Origin: an uncultured Pyrinomonadaceae bacterium
GTDB taxonomy: Bacteria; Acidobacteriota; Blastocatellia; Pyrinomonadales; Pyrinomonadaceae
Assembly (NCBI GenBank): GCA_964237235.1
Contig: CAXSGY010000003.1
Coordinates: 68,920 to 132,919 of the forward strand
Length of the DNA: 64,000 nucleotides
Direction of reading: 5' to 3'
Shown piece by piece: positions 37,201 through 46,714 of the stretch (its first letter is position 1; the number at the start of each line of letters is the position of its first letter). The notes below the pieces were generated by a model. The model ran no database searches. It had not been told where the DNA came from and saw nothing but the letters and a program-made list of their open reading frames with translations. Made by a program: the position numbers and the translations under genes.

Positions 37201-37845
37201 TTCGCCGTTCAGATTGCCCGGCGAAGCGTCAATAATCGCCGAGCCTTCCACGCCGTCGTAACGAATAATGTTTTGCTGCACGGCGCGACCGGAAAAGCGT
37301 ATATCGCCGAACGTTCCCGTGCCGCTGTTGACCGCGCCCGGAGCTTGCAGATAAAGCTGCGAAAGCTGGCGACCGTTGATCGGCAAGCCTTCGACTTCGC
37401 GCTGGTTGACGTTCGCGCTCAGGCTCGCCGAAGCCGTGTTCAAAGTCGCTTCTTCGCCGCCGACAATATCAACCTGCACCGACACATCCGTCGTTTGCAG
37501 CGTAACGGTCAGATTTGTTTCCTGACCGACGAGCAGCGCGACGTTTTTCTGCGAAAATTCTTTGAAATTGCCCGCCGTCGCCGATATTGTGTAGGTCGTC
37601 GGCTGAAGAGCAACGACTAAAAAAGAACCGTCGTCTTTGGAAACGACCGTGCGTTCTTCGCCGGTTTTTTCGTTTTTGATAACGACGTTCGCGCCCGGAA
37701 TAATCGCGCCGTTTTTATCAACGACCGTTCCCGCGATTCTGGCGTTATCGGTTTGTGCGACGATAGCGACGCTGAAAATGGTCAATAAAAAGGCAATGCT
37801 TAGAATTGATGAAATATTATGCCGTCCGTTGTTCGATAAATTCAT
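34213..37845 (-). CDS. TonB-dependent outer-membrane receptor with N-terminal carboxypeptidase-regulatory-like domain
   Basis: 1210 aa. Signal peptide, a CarboxypepD_reg-like beta-sandwich (ARIAGTVVDKNGAIIPGANVVIKNEKTGE...), a plug, a long barrel and a C-terminal ...FAFRFNF. Confidence 0.88.
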   Translation of the reverse strand: MNLSNNGRHNISSILSIAFLLTIFSVAIVAQTDNARIAGTVVDKNGAIIPGANVVIKNEKTGEERTVVSKDDGSFLVVALQPTTYTISATAGNFKEFSQKNVALLVGQETNLTVTLQTTDVSVQVDIVGGEEATLNTASASLSANVNQREVEGLPINGRQLSQLYLQAPGAVNSGTGTFGDIRFSGRAVQQNIIRYDGVEGSAIIDASPGNLNGEVPSPFRLQSSLENVQEFRVDSSNYPAEFGTGTGGQISVVTKSGGNSFHGSAFEYLRRDALDARNYFDNITPGIDKSKLTLDQFGGSIGGPIIKNKLFFFASYEQYRGRFGLNFVEAVPSAVAAARAVASVRPYIAAFKSPAAVIIPNASTNADFDIAQLQADEKTDEKAFAARFDYQFNPLNKLYFRFFRDQGTDIAPEGVSGRVTNIEAVPQNGVFGYQSVLNKSGSLINEFKLGYNGARTRINGSAPTINGLDFSNIILNISGSVANTGIAGQGQSSGISIPGGLVRANSATNGRGQPYTPYSIGFIDSLSAVRGNHNMKFGGEIRLIRLYTDRLGGTTYTFSNLNAFLANTPASVQYLGDVSAASPFNNGITGEREAKQEYYIGYAQDEWKLRQGLTLSYGLRYEYYTPLRERNNAQVLFDIKTGQLRPSNEAAFKSSKTNFGPRIALTYSPNAGGEGFFSGGKSVFRGGFGIFYGPGQTEDQIQPIESDRISSTISGSTVFNGQQLLAFPAAIDQIIANFNANPLNRQYQPRAYSGDYQIPEKVYQYSFSWQQQLPYKMVSTVAYVGSQGRNLFLRSVANQVLAGNTTILNGANLPNGVGVINRTNAVGQVIGVNTVRQFDVLSGTTQNRPFAEVDYKTSGGDDSYNALQLSLGRSLSTGLTMNVQYTFAKSNGLTAGSNEARTSAQLDNFEADRGRNNFDVRHTFNFSALYELPIGKDRRFNFGKAANFLAGGWQVGGIVNARSGVPLEVLVVRPDVVAQCQLAAGCLVNTAVSGTTVSTTLVPNGYTINLPTVGNGAANGAAFNAPPLPTGFAAVVNTPGGGASRNVRRPNLIAGVNPFLDSDRNFINPAAFAIPVAGTFGDFPRNKLSGPNFKQIDLTLAKKFRLTETMNFEFRTEIFNIFNTTNFANPSVTLNNALPTLTAINPTATNGLAAPVFTINASASTVRQPGQAFSQDAAGSTFGVLRSTVGRTVGLGTNRQIQFAFRFNF

Positions 37846-37903
37846 AAAGTTGTCCTCATTAAAAGAGTTTCGATTTATTGTTTGACTGTTAAATAGACTT
37901 CGG

Positions 37904-37943
37904 GCAAAAACCGAAAATCCTCGATGCGAAATTCGGTTTTTGC
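37904..37943 (-). promoter_or_regulatory. 12-bp perfect hairpin in the TonB-receptor upstream region
   Basis: GCAAAAACCGAA / TTCGGTTTTTGC with a 16-nt loop, 60-100 nt upstream of the start at 37845. Confidence 0.3.
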
Positions 37944-38234
37944 GAAATGTAAATTGGTCGGTTTCAAAGAAAGAGATTAACGGCGAAAGATTAAAAAGAT
38001 GTGAAGTGTTTGTTAAATTTATGTTAAGAGTTTTTTTTCACCTGACCGTTAAGCAAGCCGCTTTCCGAAACGCGCCGTGATGGGTAATGAAAAGTCCGGC
38101 GCGGTCTAATGGACGGCGTGCTTAATGATGATTTTTGTTTTTTGAGATATTTTCTATTAACAATCCTTGAACAATGTCGTAGAATAAAACGTAAATATTC
38201 CGTCAGCGTTTTGAAAAGGAGTTTCCCAAAAAAT

Positions 38235-39023
38235 ATGAAATACAAAATAGCCGAAGACGCGCGACCGCAGTTAATGCTTTTATTGATCGCGACCGTTATC
38301 ACGATTGCCCTGTGGTTTATTCCATACGCCGATTATCTGGTTTACCCGATTCGGCTGTTCGTCACCTTTATCCACGAAGGCAGCCACGTTTTAGCCGCGC
38401 TTCTGACCGGCGCGAGCGTGCATAGCCTGACCGTTTCATCAGACGGCAGCGGCGTGGTCGAATCTTTTACCGGCAGTTGGTTTTCGGTTCTTTTAACTTC
38501 GAGCGCAGGGTATCTGGGAACGACTTTGTTCGGCGTTCTCCTGCTCGTTCTGATTCGCCGCGCATATTCGGCGCGCATCGTTTTAGCCGCGTCCGCCGGG
38601 TTCGTCGGACTGATGACCGTGTTTTTCGGATTTCTCGCGCCGCTCTGGAATATCTTTTCGGCGGGCGTAACCGTCGGCAGCGTCGCGTTTACGGTCATTT
38701 CCGGTGCGCTTTTAACTGCCGGACTTTTGGCAATCGCGCGTTTCGCACCGGCAAAATGGGCAAATTTCACGCTCGCTTTTCTCGCCGTGCAATGCGTTCT
38801 GAACGCGCTTTCCGATTTGAAAACCGTCTTTTTAATCAACGCGCCGTTTTCGGGTTCGCACATTCATTCGGACGCGGCAAATATGCAGGCGGCGACCGGT
38901 TTGCCGGCAATCGTCTGGGTTCTGATCTGGATCGGCATTTCGCTTCTGATGATTTCCATCGGCTTGCGCGTTTACGCCGTCAGTCAAAAAGGCAAGCAAT
39001 ACGATTTGCCGTTTGAAGATTAG
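38235..39023 (+). CDS. Peptidase M50B-like integral membrane protein
   Basis: [13 protein letters not shown] motif after the first TM, followed by about 6 further TM helices. ATG at 38235 follows AAGGAG and is preferred to the upstream listed start. Confidence 0.6.
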   Translation: MKYKIAEDARPQLMLLLIATVITIALWFIPYADYLVYPIRLFVTFIHEGSHVLAALLTGASVHSLTVSSDGSGVVESFTGSWFSVLLTSSAGYLGTTLFGVLLLVLIRRAYSARIVLAASAGFVGLMTVFFGFLAPLWNIFSAGVTVGSVAFTVISGALLTAGLLAIARFAPAKWANFTLAFLAVQCVLNALSDLKTVFLINAPFSGSHIHSDAANMQAATGLPAIVWVLIWIGISLLMISIGLRVYAVSQKGKQYDLPFED

Positions 39024-39030
39024 TCTTTCG

Positions 39031-39825
39031 ATGAAAATTTCTGTCAAAAAATTCGGGACGGCAAAATTGATTTCGTTGATTTTGCTGTCCTTTTGCGTGA
39101 ATGCTGTCGCGCAAATCAAGAAAATCGAGCCGCCGAGAAAAGAAATACCGTATGCGGAATCTTTGCAAGCCGTCGTCGTGACGACCGACGATTGGAACTC
39201 GGTGACAGGAACGGCACGGCTTTTTGAACGCGAAAGCCGCAGGTCGAATTGGAAAGCCGTCAGCGAAACATTTCCCGTCGTGGTGGGCAAAAACGGAATG
39301 GCTTGGGGCGGCGGGTCGAACTATTCTCCGATTGGAGAAGAAAGCAGACTCATTCTAAAACGCGAAGGCGACGGCAAATCTCCGGCAGGCATTTTCGGTT
39401 TATCTTCGGCGTTCGGAACGATTGCAAAAAAAGATCAAATAAAACTGCCGTTCACCAAGCTCGACGAATCTACCGAATGCGTTGACGACGTTAATTCGAC
39501 ATATTACAACCGCATCGTCAATCGCGCGGCAGTCGAAAAATTCGATTGGAAATCGTCTGAGAAAATGTTTGAAATCGTTCCGCAATATGATTTAGGGGTT
39601 TTTGTCGAATATAATTTTAACAAACAAAAAGGCGCGGGTTCGTGCATTTTTCTGCACGTTTGGACCAACGACGCAAGCGGCACGGCGGGCTGCACGGCGA
39701 TGGAAAAAGCTAATACGGAAAAGATTTTATACTGGCTCGATCCGCAGAAAAATCCGGTTTTAATTCAACTTCCGAAAGGCGAATATGCCAAAGGGCAATT
39801 ATCTTGGAAACTTCCGAAAATCTAA
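39031..39825 (+). CDS. L,D-transpeptidase catalytic-domain (YkuD/YafK-like) protein
   Basis: Signal peptide. GSCIFLHVW...SGTAGCTAM matches the H...(S/T)xGC active-site pattern. Confidence 0.55.
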   Translation: MKISVKKFGTAKLISLILLSFCVNAVAQIKKIEPPRKEIPYAESLQAVVVTTDDWNSVTGTARLFERESRRSNWKAVSETFPVVVGKNGMAWGGGSNYSPIGEESRLILKREGDGKSPAGIFGLSSAFGTIAKKDQIKLPFTKLDESTECVDDVNSTYYNRIVNRAAVEKFDWKSSEKMFEIVPQYDLGVFVEYNFNKQKGAGSCIFLHVWTNDASGTAGCTAMEKANTEKILYWLDPQKNPVLIQLPKGEYAKGQLSWKLPKI

Positions 39826-40076
39826 AAACCTTACGCGAACTGCCTGTGGGCGCGCGGCTTCTGATTCGCTCGAAAACCGACTGGCGGGCAGCGGTCGTCG
39901 CGCGCTTTTACGAAGAAAAAGCGACGCTGATAGTCTGTTCACCGACGGGCAGAACTTACCGTTTGCATCGCTTGTCGGAAATGGAAATCGTTTTCGACGG
40001 GAAAATCCCGATTCTAAAAATTGATTCGGAAGAAAACTGGCGCGACAATTTCACCAAATACGATATGCGATGGTGA
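39804..40076 (+). CDS. Hypothetical 90-aa protein
   Basis: The ORF overlaps the upstream gene by 22 nt. Ordinary composition, no motif recognised. Confidence 0.4.
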   Translation: METSENLKTLRELPVGARLLIRSKTDWRAAVVARFYEEKATLIVCSPTGRTYRLHRLSEMEIVFDGKIPILKIDSEENWRDNFTKYDMRW

Positions 40077-40093
40077 GAATTCAAATACCTAAA

Positions 40094-40166
40094 TTAACAG
40101 GGCTGAAGAGGATGAAAGGGATTTTTATGACTTAAAAATCCCTTTCATCCTCTTCAGCCCTGTTAA
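40094..40166. terminator. 34-bp perfect hairpin between convergent genes; no T-tract
   Basis: 40094-40127 pairs base for base with 40133-40166, with loop TGACT. The left arm is purine-rich (GGGCTGAAG AGGATGAAA GGGATTTTT). Confidence 0.7.
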
Positions 40167-40177
40167 ATAAAACGTCG

Positions 40178-40990
40178 TTAGCTTAAAGTGATGCGGTTTA
40201 CGCCGATGATTTTGCGGCTCGCGTTTTCCTGTACGAAGACGACCAATTTTAAGTTTTCGCGCTTCCAGTTCGGCTGCGCTTGCAGCGCGCCTTCGAGTTC
40301 GAGATTAATTTGCGCGGCGGTCAACATTCCAATCGCCTTTAAATCGCGGACGACCGACGTATGTTCGAGCTTTTTGCCGGAATTTTCGCCGCCTTTGACG
40401 TTCGACGCTAAATTATCTTCGGTAATTGCCAGAAAAACGGTCGCGTCCTGATGCGCGGGAACGTTCGTGATTTTTATTTTGTAATTGTCCGCCGACGGCA
40501 CAATTTCGACGCTCGCCTTCGGACTTTTCAACGCTTCGGCAATCGCTTTATTCGCTTTGTCCGAATCGCTGCCGACGAATTCCTTTCGACCGTCAACGAC
40601 CATCTGCGGTGTGTAGTTTGAATCGAGCTTTAAAGCCTGCGAATAAAGTTGTTGACGGCGGCTGAAAACCGCCGACGAGTATTCGTCCTTCCAACCGAGA
40701 CCGTTCCAGTAATCAACGTGCAGCGAAAGAGTCATGATTTCCGCGTTGGCAATTGGCTGATCTTTTTCGAGTTGCGCCAGCACGCGGTCGGCGGGCGGAC
40801 AGCTCGAACAACCTTCCGACGTAAAAAGCTCGACCAGAATCGGCGTTTTTTTACCGTCGCTTTTCGTTTGGTCGGCAAGCTGCTCCGGCTCTGCTCGCGG
40901 CGCGTCGGCAACCGCCGCATCGCCTTGAAAACTGCACGCGAAAAAGCCTGAGAGAACGATCAACAGTCCGATGATAAAAATTTGTTTCAT
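40178..40990 (-). CDS. DUF1223 thioredoxin-fold lipoprotein (paralogue 1)
   Basis: Lipobox GFFAC. ELFTSEGCSSCPPAD motif. Confidence 0.75.
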   Translation of the reverse strand: MKQIFIIGLLIVLSGFFACSFQGDAAVADAPRAEPEQLADQTKSDGKKTPILVELFTSEGCSSCPPADRVLAQLEKDQPIANAEIMTLSLHVDYWNGLGWKDEYSSAVFSRRQQLYSQALKLDSNYTPQMVVDGRKEFVGSDSDKANKAIAEALKSPKASVEIVPSADNYKIKITNVPAHQDATVFLAITEDNLASNVKGGENSGKKLEHTSVVRDLKAIGMLTAAQINLELEGALQAQPNWKRENLKLVVFVQENASRKIIGVNRITLS

Positions 40991-41009
40991 AGAAATTTTG
41001 CGGAAAAAT

Positions 41010-41810
41010 CTAGCTTTGATAATTCAATTTGTTCACGCCGTAAATTTTCTTCGTATTTTTGCCCTGCACGAACACGACGAATTTCAAATTATCTTTTTTC
41101 CACATTGATTGTAGCTGAATTGTCGTTTCGGTTTCAAAGTTTTTATCGGTCGGATTGATTTCGCCGAGCAGATTCAGCTCGCGCGCGACCGATGTGTGGT
41201 CGAGCGTTCGTCCGCCGTTTTCGCCGTGTTTGACGCTCGTTCGCAGGTTGTCTTCGGCAATCGCCAACCAGACATAAGCGGCTTCGTGGGCGGGCAGATC
41301 GGCGATTTTTACGTTTAATTTATCGCCCGTCGCCATCGAAATTTCAATATTCGTTTTCGGATTTTTCGCCGCGTCGCTGATTGTCTGGCTCGCCGTTCCG
41401 AAATCGCTGCCGACAAATTGCGTCTGACCGTCAACGACCATCTGCGGCGTGTAAATCGAATCAAGCTTAAATCTTTCCGCGTAACCGCTTTGCCTTTGAC
41501 TATATTCGGCGGACGAAAACGGGTCTTTCCAGCCGAGATTGTTCCAATAATCAACGTGCAGCGAAAGCGCGATAACTTCCGCGTCGGGGTTTTTCTGTTC
41601 TTTTTCCAACTGCATCAAAACGCGGTCGGCGGGCGGACAGCTCGAACAGCCTTCGCTGGTGAAAAGCTCGACAAGGACCGGTGTTTTTTTGTTTGCGTTC
41701 ATAGTTTTCGGTGTTTGATTCGTCTGCGCCTTTGACTCGAAGCTCGGTAAATTCCAGGCGGCTAATCCGACAAAAACGGCGGCGACCGCGAAAATAAAAA
41801 ATCTTTTCAT
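41010..41810 (-). CDS. DUF1223 thioredoxin-fold secreted protein (paralogue 2)
   Basis: Signal peptide and the same ELFTSEGCSSCPPAD motif. Similar to its neighbour along the whole length. Confidence 0.75.
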   Translation of the reverse strand: MKRFFIFAVAAVFVGLAAWNLPSFESKAQTNQTPKTMNANKKTPVLVELFTSEGCSSCPPADRVLMQLEKEQKNPDAEVIALSLHVDYWNNLGWKDPFSSAEYSQRQSGYAERFKLDSIYTPQMVVDGQTQFVGSDFGTASQTISDAAKNPKTNIEISMATGDKLNVKIADLPAHEAAYVWLAIAEDNLRTSVKHGENGGRTLDHTSVARELNLLGEINPTDKNFETETTIQLQSMWKKDNLKFVVFVQGKNTKKIYGVNKLNYQS

Positions 41811-41933
41811 AATAAAATTTCTCCCAAAATGCTATCTATATTATCCTTAGTTTCTGATGTTTTATTCCCGTTTTGCGTTCAAGTTTTGTTTTGATAAACT
41901 TAATCTTTGCCCAAACGACAGGAAGTTTCATCT

Positions 41934-44747
41934 ATGCAAGCAGCAGCTAAGAGTCAGAAAGAAGTTATCGAAGTGCGCGGCGCGCGGACGCACAATCTGA
42001 AAAACATCTCGTTTTCACTGCCGATCAATGAATTGACGGTCGTGACGGGCGTTTCCGGTTCGGGCAAATCTTCGCTCGCCTTCGACACGATTTACGCCGA
42101 AGGTCAACGCCGCTATGTCGAATCTTTATCGGCTTACGCGCGCCAATTCTTAGAACGAATGGACAAACCGGACGTTGACGAGATTTTAGGCATCGCCCCC
42201 GCGATTGCGATCCGGCAGAAAAACACGACCAGAAATCCGCGCTCGACCGTCGCCACGCAAACCGAAATTTACGATTATCTCCGACTGCTTTTCGCCCGCG
42301 TCGGGCAAACCTTCTGCCACGTCTGCGGGCGCGAGGTCAAAAAAGATTCGCCCGAATCGGCGGCTGACGAAACCCTTGCGGCTTTGGCAAACGGAACGCG
42401 CTTTTACGTGACGTTTCCGGCGGAAACGGAAGCAGTCCAAAATCCAAAATCTAAAATCCAAAATCCGAAGATTCACGTGACCGCCAATTTAATTTCGCTG
42501 ATGCAGCGCGGCTTCACGAGGCTTTTCCGCAACGGCGAAATTATCGAATTGCAGAAACCCGAAGATTATCCGTTCGCCGATTTTATCGAAACGTTCGTTC
42601 TGGTTGACCGCTTGAAAGCCGAAGAATCAATCAGGCAGAGATTGGTTGATTCTTTGGAAATTTGTTTTCACGAAAATCATTCGGCAATCGTTTTAACGAC
42701 TGAAAACCAGCGTCTGAATTTTTCGGAAAAGTTCGTCTGCAAATACGACGGCACCGTTTACGAAGAACCCGAGCCGCGTCTGTTCAGCTTTAATTCGCCA
42801 TTCGGCGCGTGTCCGACGTGTCAAGGGTTCGGCAATTCGATTGACATTGATTTCGATTTGATCGTGCCGAATCCGCTGCTTTCGTTGGAAGACGGCGCGA
42901 TCAGCCCGTTCACGCGTCCGCAATACGATTGGGCGCAAAAGGAATTGCTGCGTTTTGCGCGCGGCGAAAATATTCCCGTTGATATTCCGTTCGCCGACTT
43001 GAGCGAGCGGCAGAAAACGGAAATTTTTGAAGGAATCGGCAAATGGCGCGGCGTGCGCGGATTCTTCAAATGGCTCGAAACTAAAAAATATAAACTGCAC
43101 GTTCGCGTTTTTCTGTCGAAATATCGCGGTTATACGATTTGTCCCGAATGCAAAGGCGGGCGATTGCGGCAGGCGGCGCGCGATGTGCGAATCGCCGACC
43201 GAAACTTGCCCGAAATCGTTGCGCTTTCGATTACCGACGCGGCGCGATTTTTCGACGAATTGGAGCTGTCCGAAGAACGCGCGCAAATCGCCGAAAAATT
43301 GCTTCTGGAAATTCGCCGCCGCGTTAAATTTCTCTCGGATGTCGGACTCGAATATTTAACGCTCGACCGTCTCGCTTCGACTTTATCGGGCGGCGAAGCG
43401 CAGCGCATTCAACTGGCGACCAATTTAGGTTCTTTGCTCGTCGGCGCGTTGTATGTTTTGGACGAGCCTTCGATTGGCTTGCATCCGCGCGATAACACCA
43501 GACTCGTCAAAATTCTCGAAAATCTGCGCGACATCGGCAACACGGTTCTCGTCGTCGAACACGACGAGGAAATGATGCGCTCCGCCGACCACGTTCTCGA
43601 CATCGGTTTATACGCCGGGGAACTTGGCGGCAATCTGGTTTTTGAGGGCGACTTTAAACAACTTTTGAAGGATAAAAATTCGCTGACGGCAAAATATCTG
43701 CGCGGCGAATTGGAAATTAAAATTCCGTCGAAACGCCGCGAAATAAATCCGAAACGACAAATTGAAATCACGGGTGCGCGCGAACACAATTTGAAAAATA
43801 TTGATGTCGAAATTCCGCTCGATATGCTCGTCTGCGTGACCGGCGTTTCCGGTTCGGGCAAATCAACATTGATTCACGACATCGTTTACGCCGGACTGAA
43901 AAAGAAACGCGGAGAATGGAAGGATCACGTCGGCTTGGTCAAGGAAATCAACGGCGCGAAATTGATTGATGACGTGATTCTCGTTGACCAATCGCCCATC
44001 GGTCGAACGCCGCGCTCGAATCCGATTACCTACATCAAGGCTTACGACGCGGTGCGCGAAGTTTTCGCCGCGACGAACGGCGCAAAATCGAAGGGCTTTA
44101 CCGCGTCGCATTTTTCCTTTAACGTTCCCGGCGGACGCTGCGAAACCTGTCAGGGCAGCGGCACGGTGACGGTCGAAATGCAATTCCTCGCCGATGTCGA
44201 ATTAACCTGCGAAGATTGCCGCGGAACGCGCTTTAAGACGGAAGTTCTCGACGTGAAATACAAAGGCAAAAGCATCGCCGAAGTTCTCGATATGACGGTG
44301 CGCGAAGCAATTCACTTTTTCAAGGATGCGCCGAAGCTCGTCGGTAAAATCAAGGTTTTGGAAGAAGTCGGCTTGGGTTATTTGCGGCTCGGACAGTCGG
44401 CGACGACCCTGAGCGGCGGCGAAGCGCAGCGCGTCAAGCTCGCCGCGCATCTGGCGCAAAAAACCAAATCAAAAACGCTTTTCATCTTCGACGAACCGAC
44501 GACCGGCTTGCATTTCGACGACATCAACAAACTGCTCGCCGCCTTTCGCGCCCTGATCGAAAACGGCGGCAGCCTGCTGGTCATCGAACACAATCTCGAT
44601 GTTATCAAAACCGCCGATTACATTATTGATTTAGGTCCCGGAGGCGGCATCTACGGCGGCGAAATCGTCGCTGCGGGAACACCGGAAAAAATCGCCGCGA
44701 ACGAAAAATCTTTTACGGGAAAATATCTGCTTGATTATTTGAAGTAA
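41934..44747 (+). CDS. uvrA: Excinuclease ABC subunit A
   Basis: Two ABC modules ([27 protein letters not shown]), zinc modules CPTCQGFG and CETCQGSG, and LSGGEAQR signatures. ATG at 41934 follows AGGAAG. Confidence 0.95.
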   Translation: MQAAAKSQKEVIEVRGARTHNLKNISFSLPINELTVVTGVSGSGKSSLAFDTIYAEGQRRYVESLSAYARQFLERMDKPDVDEILGIAPAIAIRQKNTTRNPRSTVATQTEIYDYLRLLFARVGQTFCHVCGREVKKDSPESAADETLAALANGTRFYVTFPAETEAVQNPKSKIQNPKIHVTANLISLMQRGFTRLFRNGEIIELQKPEDYPFADFIETFVLVDRLKAEESIRQRLVDSLEICFHENHSAIVLTTENQRLNFSEKFVCKYDGTVYEEPEPRLFSFNSPFGACPTCQGFGNSIDIDFDLIVPNPLLSLEDGAISPFTRPQYDWAQKELLRFARGENIPVDIPFADLSERQKTEIFEGIGKWRGVRGFFKWLETKKYKLHVRVFLSKYRGYTICPECKGGRLRQAARDVRIADRNLPEIVALSITDAARFFDELELSEERAQIAEKLLLEIRRRVKFLSDVGLEYLTLDRLASTLSGGEAQRIQLATNLGSLLVGALYVLDEPSIGLHPRDNTRLVKILENLRDIGNTVLVVEHDEEMMRSADHVLDIGLYAGELGGNLVFEGDFKQLLKDKNSLTAKYLRGELEIKIPSKRREINPKRQIEITGAREHNLKNIDVEIPLDMLVCVTGVSGSGKSTLIHDIVYAGLKKKRGEWKDHVGLVKEINGAKLIDDVILVDQSPIGRTPRSNPITYIKAYDAVREVFAATNGAKSKGFTASHFSFNVPGGRCETCQGSGTVTVEMQFLADVELTCEDCRGTRFKTEVLDVKYKGKSIAEVLDMTVREAIHFFKDAPKLVGKIKVLEEVGLGYLRLGQSATTLSGGEAQRVKLAAHLAQKTKSKTLFIFDEPTTGLHFDDINKLLAAFRALIENGGSLLVIEHNLDVIKTADYIIDLGPGGGIYGGEIVAAGTPEKIAANEKSFTGKYLLDYLK
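42436..42470 (+). repeat. Heptamer tandem repeat inside uvrA (TCCAAAA x2, TCTAAAA, TCCAAAA, TCCGAAG)
   Basis: Read directly from the sequence. It encodes [12 protein letters not shown]. Confidence 0.85.
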
Positions 44748-44780
44748 TACGTTCGTTTTTCGGTAAGACAATCATAATTC

Positions 44781-45446
44781 CTAGTTTGTTCCCGTTTCGT
44801 CGTGCGGCGCGTCAACGGGTTTCGATTCGGGCGAGCCTTTCTGTCTTAAGAATATTGACAGAACGACCATCACGCCGATTGACAAAAATTCGCTTTGCCA
44901 GTTTTGGAATGATTGAAACCAGAACTGCGAAGTTTCCATAAACTCGACGGTTGTAATAGTCGGTTCGTGATGTTCGATTTGTTCTTTATTATATTCCATC
45001 GCGCCGCCGACTCCATGCAGAACGAACGATATTAAGAACAGCGAAAGCAGCGCGATGCTCAAGGAATTTTGATAAATTTTTAATCGCCAGCCGCCGCGTC
45101 GTACCGGCGCGGGCGCGTTTTCCGCAAGCAATTTTTCTTCGGGAATAATATCAACGCGCTCCGTCGTGTCGGGCGTTTTTGATTCGGACGAGCCTTTCTG
45201 AAAAAGAAAAACCGTCAAAACGACATACATTCCCATCTGCAAAAATTCGCTTTCCCAATTCTCGAAAATGGCTTCGATAAAATGTCCTTCGCCTAAATAT
45301 TCGACGTAACCGACGCTCGGTTGATGATGTTGTTGCAAATCATCGTTGTATTCGTTAAAGCCTGTGAGATATTGACCGGCGACCGAGAAGAAAAATAACG
45401 CGAACAGCGCGATTGAAAGACCGTTATTGTGGAAAAATCGGCGCAT
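44781..45446 (-). CDS. Hypothetical membrane protein with an internal duplication
   Basis: Two homologous halves (…EYNDDLQQHHQPSVGYVEY…FENWESEFLQMG…QKGSSESK and …EYNKEQIEHHEPTITTVEF…FQNWQSEFLSIG…QKGSPESK). Confidence 0.55.
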   Translation of the reverse strand: MRRFFHNNGLSIALFALFFFSVAGQYLTGFNEYNDDLQQHHQPSVGYVEYLGEGHFIEAIFENWESEFLQMGMYVVLTVFLFQKGSSESKTPDTTERVDIIPEEKLLAENAPAPVRRGGWRLKIYQNSLSIALLSLFLISFVLHGVGGAMEYNKEQIEHHEPTITTVEFMETSQFWFQSFQNWQSEFLSIGVMVVLSIFLRQKGSPESKPVDAPHDETGTN

Positions 45447-45490
45447 AGAATCTCTCCTTTGATAGTAGAAAAACAGTTATCGAAAAATTG

Positions 45491-46345
45491 TTATTTTTTC
45501 TTGAATAAATCGGCGACACCAACCGTAATTCCGGCGAAAACGCCGAAGCGCGGAGCCGCCCGGTTAAGTCCGAAACGCATTCCGGCATCGAATTGCACAC
45601 GCTCGCCGAGTTTGCGCGTCAGCGCGCCGAGCGCAAAAACTCCGCGCGGCAAAACGTCGTCTTCGCTTTGTCCTTCAATTTCGCCGATTAATCCAAAGCG
45701 GTTTTTGAATTCGCGCGTGAACGACAAAGCCGCCTGACCGCCGGAGGCGCGGCGGTCGTTTTCTTCGCGCCCGACGTTCAAATAGGCGGCGTTGAAATCT
45801 ATGTCGGTTGCGTCGACCTTTTTACTTAAAAGCGCGATGATTTTGTGGTCGGTTCGTTTCGTGCCGAGTTCCTTTTCAGCACTTGCCGTCGGCAATTTCG
45901 CATAATACGCAAAGGCGAGAGCCGGATGTTTTTCTGTGTCGGAGACGGCGAGAAACTGTACGCCGACGCGCACGTCGCCGACTCCGATTTCGCGCTGCTG
46001 ACCGGTCACTGTTTCGGAAATAATCGTGTCAATGTCAAAGTCGAAAAGCAGACGTTTAGCGGCGGCGAGCCGCAGCGTTAAAGGCGCGGTTTGTGCGGAG
46101 CGGAAATCTTCACTGCGAAAATTGCCGTCGTAACCGAATTCGACTTGAAGTATTCCGGGCTTTTGAAATTCGGCGGAATTGGCGACGTTCGGGCGGCTCG
46201 GCTCAATCAATTTTTCCTCGTCGGAAGATTGTTGAGCGCAATCGCCGTCCGCAAAAAATAAAATAATAAGCGTCCCGAAAACTGCAAATACGATCCGAGT
46301 TTTACTTATTAGTTTCGCGTGACTCATCTTATTTTCTTTGCTCAT
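45491..46345 (-). CDS. Putative outer-membrane beta-barrel protein
   Basis: Signal-like N-terminus and an alternating amphipathic strand pattern (e.g. LTLRLAAA, GVQFLAV, FDAGMRFGL). The family is not identified. Confidence 0.4.
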   Translation of the reverse strand: MSKENKMSHAKLISKTRIVFAVFGTLIILFFADGDCAQQSSDEEKLIEPSRPNVANSAEFQKPGILQVEFGYDGNFRSEDFRSAQTAPLTLRLAAAKRLLFDFDIDTIISETVTGQQREIGVGDVRVGVQFLAVSDTEKHPALAFAYYAKLPTASAEKELGTKRTDHKIIALLSKKVDATDIDFNAAYLNVGREENDRRASGGQAALSFTREFKNRFGLIGEIEGQSEDDVLPRGVFALGALTRKLGERVQFDAGMRFGLNRAAPRFGVFAGITVGVADLFKKK

Positions 46346-46372
46346 ACAAAAAACTATTGAAAATTTTCGATT

Positions 46373-46714
46373 TCATTCTTCATCGCGTCCGTGCGCCTGC
46401 GCGGGCGGGTGCGTGGCTTCGACCGCCGTGAACGATTCGAGAACTTTATAAGTGTGCGACGCGCCTTTCGGAACGACCCACGAATCGCCTTTTTCCAATA
46501 AAACCATCTGACCTTCGAGATGCAGCTCGGCTTTGCCGGAAATTACAAAGCCGATTGTTTCATAATCGCGCGTCGAATGCTCTTTCTGCTCGTCGGGCTG
46601 TTCGTTTTCCCAGAGGCGCATCGCCATAGATTTGCCCGAAGCGAGATATTTTTGTCCCATTTCGCCGTGCGGCGAATTGCTCGAATCTACTTTTGTAACC
46701 GTCGTATCTGCCAT
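46373..46714 (-). CDS. Cupin-domain protein
   Basis: 113 aa. GFVISGKAELHLEG...GDSWVVPKGASHTY resembles the two cupin motifs. Confidence 0.7.
   Translation of the reverse strand: MADTTVTKVDSSNSPHGEMGQKYLASGKSMAMRLWENEQPDEQKEHSTRDYETIGFVISGKAELHLEGQMVLLEKGDSWVVPKGASHTYKVLESFTAVEATHPPAQAHGRDEE

Noticed and set aside
38080-38110. GAAAAGTCCGGCGCGG resembling the RNase P RNA GAGGAAAGUCCGGGC core
   Set aside because: The resemblance is a short partial match only. The surrounding 300 nt lack the other conserved RNase P helices and sequences.
38342-39016. Two long ORFs (173 aa on the minus strand, 179 aa on the plus strand) overlapping the M50B-like membrane protein gene
   Set aside because: They are Arg-rich alternative frames of a GC-skewed hydrophobic gene. 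The HEGSH-containing frame gives a coherent multi-TM protein.
40094-40166. Long hairpins interpreted as MITEs or IS remnants
   Set aside because: There is no internal sequence beyond a 5-16 nt loop. I saw no target-site duplications and no transposase anywhere in the window. Only the 52615 and 62534 pair shares sequence.
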